Assembly: GCA_965213625.1 (NCBI GenBank)
Contig: CBDBZU010000004.1
Location: 2,592,001 to 2,656,000 of the forward strand
From: a bacterium
GTDB lineage: Bacteria; UBA8248
DNA: 64,000 nucleotides
Direction of reading: 5' to 3'
Part shown: positions 59,075 to 64,000 of the stretch, in pieces
Numbering within the stretch: position 1 is the stretch's first letter
Layout of the letters: each line of letters begins with the position of its first letter
The notes under the pieces: model-generated
The model's database searches: none
The model's input: the letters and a program-made list of their open reading frames with translations, nothing else
Told to the model about the DNA's origin: nothing
Translations under genes and position numbers: made by a program

Positions 59075-60316
59075 ATGAGTCTCGCGCAGGCACCTGCGGC
59101 AATCAGTTTTGAGAATATGGAGTTACTCGGGTATCACGACCTCGCAGATCGCCCTGCCTTCAAGACGGCGATTCAGGAGGTGGACGGGCGATTTTATCTC
59201 TATCTCTCGCAATTTTGGGTAAGCGGCTGGAGCGTTCTGGACGTGACCGATCCTGCGGACCCCAAACTCCTCAAATATATCGAAGGCCCCGACAACACGT
59301 GGACCCTTCAGGTGCAGGTGGCAGATGGCTTGCTCATCACCTCTTTGGAGAGAATTCCCCCTGGCTGGGGGCCGCGGCCTGATGATCCGCCCGAAGCCGA
59401 AGGGGTCTACATCTGGGACGTTAAGAAAGATCCTGCGAATCCGGAGCTTATCTCACATTGGCAGACGGGGGCCGATGGAACGCACAGGAATTATTACAAC
59501 GGCGGCCGCTACGCCCACCTCTCCGCATACGCGCCCGGCTACGACGGGAACATCTACCGCATCCTGGATTTGGCCGACCCCCGGAACCCTAGGGAAGCGG
59601 GCCGCTTCTGGCTGCCCGAGCAGGAGGGAGCCGAGACCGACATGTCGGACGACTGGAGTGAGGGAATGCGCGTGTTCCAGCACGGGCCGGCCCATGCCGA
59701 GAACGGGCGCGCCTATCTGCCTTATGCGCGGGGCGGATTCGTCATCGCTGATATCGAGGACATATCCAACCCAAAACTAATAAGCCGCTTTAACGTCTAC
59801 CCACCGCTTGGCAGCGCAATCGCCGTACACACGGCGTATCCCTATCTCAAGCGGGGATTTGCCATCATCAACAGCGAGGCGCTCAAGGAGAATTGCGACG
59901 AGCCGCTAAACTACACGGCGATAGTGGATATAACAGACGAGGCGGACCCGAGACTCATGTCACTCTTCCCGGTGCCAGAGCCGCCGCCCGGCTATTCCCA
60001 CAAGAGTTTCTGTGAGCGAGGCGGGAGATTCGGTCCGCACAATCAGCATCACCCCCAGGGGCTCGAATGTCTTGAGCAAAGGGAAGACCGCGTTTATCTG
60101 ACGTACTTCAACGCAGGCCTCAGGGTTTACGACATTTCCGAGCCCATCCATCCCCGCGAGATTGCGCACTACATACCCGCCGACCCGACGAAACGCCTCG
60201 GCATGCTGCCAAAAACACTCGTTACGCAGAGTGAGGACGTCATCGTGGATAGACGCGGGATCATTTATGTGACGGACAAGAACCATGGGCTGCATATATT
60301 GCGTTGCACCGTTTAG
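59075..60316 (+). CDS. LVIVD-repeat beta-propeller protein
   Basis: Repeats VLDVTDP, ILDLADP, IADIED, IVDITD, VYDISEP; RFGPHN. Confidence 0.8.
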   Translation: MSLAQAPAAISFENMELLGYHDLADRPAFKTAIQEVDGRFYLYLSQFWVSGWSVLDVTDPADPKLLKYIEGPDNTWTLQVQVADGLLITSLERIPPGWGPRPDDPPEAEGVYIWDVKKDPANPELISHWQTGADGTHRNYYNGGRYAHLSAYAPGYDGNIYRILDLADPRNPREAGRFWLPEQEGAETDMSDDWSEGMRVFQHGPAHAENGRAYLPYARGGFVIADIEDISNPKLISRFNVYPPLGSAIAVHTAYPYLKRGFAIINSEALKENCDEPLNYTAIVDITDEADPRLMSLFPVPEPPPGYSHKSFCERGGRFGPHNQHHPQGLECLEQREDRVYLTYFNAGLRVYDISEPIHPREIAHYIPADPTKRLGMLPKTLVTQSEDVIVDRRGIIYVTDKNHGLHILRCTV

Positions 60317-60336
60317 GAGAAAAGGAGAAAATATCT

Positions 60337-61026
60337 ATGCCTACTATCGTTGACCTTTCACGAGAGATTTACCATCGCACGCCGGCGTATCCGGGCCAGC
60401 CGCCCATTCTGTACGCCGCGTGGAAAAATCATGAAGAAGCTTTCAAGGATTCGGGCAACGTATGGGGGAACGCCCTGAATTTCGTCACCATGCCCGAGCA
60501 CGGCACCACGCATCTCGACGCGCCGCGCCATTTCCACCAGGACGCGCAGCCGATGAACGAATACCCGCTCGAGAACTGCATTGTGCGCGGCATCTGCATC
60601 GATCTACAGCACATCGTGCCCCGGGCGGAAATCACCTCGAGCGACCTCGATGAAGCGGTGAAAAAGACCGGCCTCTCGGCTCCTCAGGGCGGCACCATCC
60701 TGCTTTGCACGGGCCATCATGCCCGCACGTTTCCCACGAAGGCGTATGGAACGGATAATCCGGGCATCAACGTGGAAGCCACCGAATGGCTGGCGGACCA
60801 GGGAATCGTCCATTTCGGCATCGATTCCATGCGTCCCGGTCCCGAAGGAGATATTAACGCCTTGGTGCACAAAACATGCTGGGAGAGGGATATCACGCAT
60901 CTGGAAAGCCTGTGCAACCTCGAAGCGCTGCTGGGCAAGGGTGAGTTCCAGTTCATCTCCCTTCCCCTGAAGTTCCGCGAGGGAACGGGCAGCCCCGTCC
61001 GTGCCGTGGCGGTTCTCGACGATTAG
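60337..61026 (+). CDS. Cyclase/kynurenine formamidase-family metallohydrolase
   Basis: IVDLS, HGTTHLDAPRH, GIDS, GTGSPVRAVA. Confidence 0.88.
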   Translation: MPTIVDLSREIYHRTPAYPGQPPILYAAWKNHEEAFKDSGNVWGNALNFVTMPEHGTTHLDAPRHFHQDAQPMNEYPLENCIVRGICIDLQHIVPRAEITSSDLDEAVKKTGLSAPQGGTILLCTGHHARTFPTKAYGTDNPGINVEATEWLADQGIVHFGIDSMRPGPEGDINALVHKTCWERDITHLESLCNLEALLGKGEFQFISLPLKFREGTGSPVRAVAVLDD

Positions 61027-61035
61027 TCCACGTTC

Positions 61036-61074
61036 CGGGGTCCTTGCCTTTCGGAGGCGAGGACCCCGTTTTTT
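61036..61074 (+). terminator. Intrinsic terminator
   Basis: CGGGGTCCTTGCCT-TTCG-GAGGCGAGGACCCCG followed by TTTTTT. Confidence 0.8.
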
Positions 61075-61162
61075 CGATTAAATGATCAAAATGTGATAGG
61101 TTAGGAGTCTATCTAAGACATCCGCCCCGGGGAGGGGAATTTTCCAGCCCTCCACCAAGCCT

Positions 61163-61897
61163 ATGCCTGAGTCTCCCAAACCCCGATCTGCGTATGCGCT
61201 CGAATTGGGACGCCGCATCGCGCGAGCGCGTGAGCGCAAGGGATGGAACCGCAACCAGTTGGCGCGCGCCGCAAGAGTCACGTGGGCCAATCTTACCCGT
61301 TACGAGCAGGGCCAAAACGAACCGAGCGCGAGTAAACTGTTTGAAATCGCAAAAGTACTCGACGTGTCCGGCGATTGGTTGCTGGGCCGAACCGGCGCGC
61401 AGGAAATTCCGGGCGTCGGGCCTCTGGACGTCGTTTTGAGCATGAGTGATAACTTGCAGACGCCGGGCAAGGTGAGCGATGCGGAGTTTCGGGCCGTGCC
61501 TTTGGTGTCGGGCTCCATTGCGGCGGGCAGCGCCAGAATCGTTGACGAGCATATCGAAGAATACGCTCTCATCCATGTCTCTCAAATCGCCGGGCGTGGA
61601 GATTTGGTCTCGGTACGGGTTGATAGAGAGATGGGCCGCAGCATGGTTCCCTTGATACAGCCGGGCGCCGTGGTCGTCATCGATCGCCGTGACAAGACGA
61701 TAGTTGCGGATGGGATTTACGCCGTTCGGGATGAATCCGGCGGATGCACGCTCAAGCGGTTGCAGTGGACCCCACCTCGTCTATGGCTGGTGCCGGAGAA
61801 TCGAGAAGAAGTGGTCACCCATATAGATTTGGATGGAGAAGAGCCTGCCGATAGAATCGTGGGCCGCGTCGTCTGGGCCTATCAACCGCTCGTCTGA
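61163..61897 (+). CDS. XRE-HTH + S24 peptidase repressor (CI/LexA-like)
   Basis: HTH (YEQGQNEPS), Ala-Gly cleavage site IAAG, SM catalytic Ser, LKRL catalytic Lys, IVGRVVW. Confidence 0.88.
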   Translation: MPESPKPRSAYALELGRRIARARERKGWNRNQLARAARVTWANLTRYEQGQNEPSASKLFEIAKVLDVSGDWLLGRTGAQEIPGVGPLDVVLSMSDNLQTPGKVSDAEFRAVPLVSGSIAAGSARIVDEHIEEYALIHVSQIAGRGDLVSVRVDREMGRSMVPLIQPGAVVVIDRRDKTIVADGIYAVRDESGGCTLKRLQWTPPRLWLVPENREEVVTHIDLDGEEPADRIVGRVVWAYQPLV

Positions 61898-61900
61898 GAG

Positions 61901-62905
61901 CTAGGAATCCATCAATTCCTTGCATTTTTCCGTCAGCGCGGGGATGACTTTCTTGTAGTCTCCCACTATGCCGTAGCGCGCGCGCTGGAAGATGGGCGCT
62001 TCGGCGTCCGTGTTGATGGCCACGATGTTCTTGCTTGGTCCTGCGCCGACCATATGCTGCATGGCGCCAGAGATGCCGACGGCGATGTAGAGATTCGGGC
62101 TCACGATCTTGCCTGTCTGGCCCACCTGCATCGGCGTCGGCACCCAGCCGGCGTCGACGGCGGCTCGGCTCGCACCCACAGCCGCCTTGAGAACCTTGGC
62201 GAGTTCCTGGAGGTATTCGAAATTCTCTGGGCCTCCCAGGCCGCGGCCGCCGCTCACGACGATTTCCGCATCTTCTAGACGGACGCCTTCGGCTTCCACC
62301 TTTTTCGCCTCTACGAAATTCATGCGAATCTCGTCGGCATCCACAGAAACGCCGATTTCCATAAATTCGCCCTCACGGCCCTCTTCGATATCCGCCAGCG
62401 GCAGGGCTTTCGCGCGCGTGGACGCTATGGAGAGGGAATCCGTTTTTGAGCGGACGTGGCTGATGGCGCTGCCTCCGTGTACCGGTCGGACGGCGGCGAG
62501 TTTGCCGTTCTCGATCGACAGATCCGTGCAGTCGTGCGCATAGCTGGCGCCATGCCTGAAAGCGAGCCTGGGCGCGACATCCCGCCCCATGGAGGTATTG
62601 GCGACTAACAAGATGTTCGGGTTCTCTTCCGTGATGACGGCGTCGATCACTTTGAGATACGCCGCATTTGTATATCCATCCAGTATATCCGACTCGGCCG
62701 CCAGCACTTTGTCGGCTCCCAGGGCGATGAGTCCTTTCGCCAATTCCTGTGTGCCTGCACCGCCGAGGAGAAGGGCTACCAGGGGACCTCCTTTTTCATC
62801 GGCGAGTTTTCGGCCGATACCGCAAAGTTCACTACTCACGAGCGCGAGTTTGTCTCCCGCGCGCTCGGCCAGAATGAGGACGTTGTTCGACATGGTGTTA
62901 TTCAT
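61901..62905 (-). CDS. etfA: Electron transfer flavoprotein alpha subunit
   Basis: [31 protein letters not shown]. Confidence 0.97.
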   Translation of the reverse strand: MNNTMSNNVLILAERAGDKLALVSSELCGIGRKLADEKGGPLVALLLGGAGTQELAKGLIALGADKVLAAESDILDGYTNAAYLKVIDAVITEENPNILLVANTSMGRDVAPRLAFRHGASYAHDCTDLSIENGKLAAVRPVHGGSAISHVRSKTDSLSIASTRAKALPLADIEEGREGEFMEIGVSVDADEIRMNFVEAKKVEAEGVRLEDAEIVVSGGRGLGGPENFEYLQELAKVLKAAVGASRAAVDAGWVPTPMQVGQTGKIVSPNLYIAVGISGAMQHMVGAGPSKNIVAINTDAEAPIFQRARYGIVGDYKKVIPALTEKCKELMDS

Positions 62906-62911
62906 TCTCCC

Positions 62912-63712
62912 TTAGATAATTTTATCTTCACGAAGGCGGTTCGCCAGAGCGCCGGCTGCTTCTTCGAGTGATTCGCCTTCGATGAATTCACAGTTACCGT
63001 CAAAGACAGGTTTATAAAATTTTGTGACTTCAAATGTAGCCGCCTCTTCGCCGACCGCATCTGGGTCTATTCCGACGTCCGCTAAGCTCCATACGGGAAT
63101 TTGCTTGCGAGACGCCATCAGGATGCCTTTGACCGAGGGCAGGCGAGGCGTGTTGATCTCATTGCTGGCGGTGAGCAGGCAAGGGGTCGATACTTCCACG
63201 ACCTCCACACCGTCTTCCAGGGCGCGTTCGCACCGGATCCCTGCGTCGGTTTTCTCCACTTTCTGAAGCTGGCTTACGCTCGGGAGGTCGAGCGCTTCGG
63301 CGAGGGCGAGGGCTGTGGTTCCATAGCTCCAGTCGCTGCTCAGCCTGCCGCAGAAGATGATGTCGAAGCCAATCAGCTTTTGAATGGCGCTCGCCAGGAT
63401 TCGCGCAGTGGCGAAGGCGTCGGAACCCTCAAAGGCCTCATCTTGAAGCAAGACAGCTTCATCGCACCCCATGGCCAGACATTTCTTCAGGCCGTCTCTG
63501 GCTTTTTCATCGCCCATCGTCATGACGGTGACTTTTCCGCCGTGTTCATCCTTGAGGTTGATGGCCGCCTCGACGGCGTTTTCGCAAAAGCCGTTGATGA
63601 CGGGCGATACGTTCGCGGGAGGGATGACATCCATCTTCTCCTCATCGACCTTGAAGTCGCGGGGAGGAATGTCGGGGTCTTGTACTTGCTTGATGCAGAC
63701 GATGATATCCAA
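62912..63712 (-). CDS. etfB: Electron transfer flavoprotein beta subunit
   Basis: IIVCIKQV.D, LAMGCD, NTPRLPS; TTG start with AAGGAG. Confidence 0.95.
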   Translation of the reverse strand: MDIIVCIKQVQDPDIPPRDFKVDEEKMDVIPPANVSPVINGFCENAVEAAINLKDEHGGKVTVMTMGDEKARDGLKKCLAMGCDEAVLLQDEAFEGSDAFATARILASAIQKLIGFDIIFCGRLSSDWSYGTTALALAEALDLPSVSQLQKVEKTDAGIRCERALEDGVEVVEVSTPCLLTASNEINTPRLPSVKGILMASRKQIPVWSLADVGIDPDAVGEEAATFEVTKFYKPVFDGNCEFIEGESLEEAAGALANRLREDKII

Positions 63713-64000
63713 AGGATTGATTCTCCTTGTTTTGCTAGTTCAAGTCTGTCATGGTCGCTTGAGACGCTCGGATGTATTCTGAATCGACAAACGAGACGGC
63801 CTAAAAATAATGAGATGGCGGCGATGCGTCAACCGAGCAAGGCGATTTTCCTGATTTTCCGCGTTACAGTAAAATTTGGTTTCTCTTTCACGTTTGACAC
63901 CCCCCAGAATCCAAGCGATAAGATGAAAAAGTCTGGTAGGAGCATGGAACTTTCCTATAAACGATCTTTTCAGCGTGTTTCCAGCTTGGATTAGAGGATT

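Noticed and set aside
61078-61897. Prophage around the S24 repressor
   Set aside because: No integrase, structural genes or att-like repeats in the flanks

Overview
A 64 kb chromosomal segment of a GC-rich Gram-negative bacterium. The atpZIBE-rex and argH-lptM-lysA-dapF...dapB...dapL-folK gene orders resemble Desulfobacterota/Nitrospinota-like lineages (inference only). Housekeeping genes include tsaB, rex, the F0 half of ATP synthase, katG, Arg/Lys/folate/pantothenate/His biosynthesis genes, HU, a DEAD-box helicase, pgk, etfAB and reverse transsulfuration enzymes. These are interspersed with many catabolic-type enzymes (LLM oxidoreductases, SDRs, crotonase, M24 peptidase, amidohydrolase, cyclase), larEBC nickel-pincer cofactor genes, an ECF sigma module and a TPR-TPR-ExbB-ExbD-TonB operon. 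No rRNA, tRNA, CRISPR array or transposase was seen, but intergenic regions carry several families of REP/MITE-like palindromic repeats. The strongest finding is that two ORFs split in the ORF track (44227-44919, minus) form one iodothyronine-deiodinase-like selenoprotein, with an in-frame UGA in a T-U-P-P motif followed by a bacterial SECIS-like hairpin. Other leads are a 7Fe-ferredoxin fused to a membrane anchor and extracytoplasmic domain, an ExbBD-TonB motor with giant TPR partners and no receptor, a MoaD/ThiS-like sulfur carrier attached to larEBC, and a MetE-like gene broken by one TAA. All product calls come from motif recognition, not database searches.
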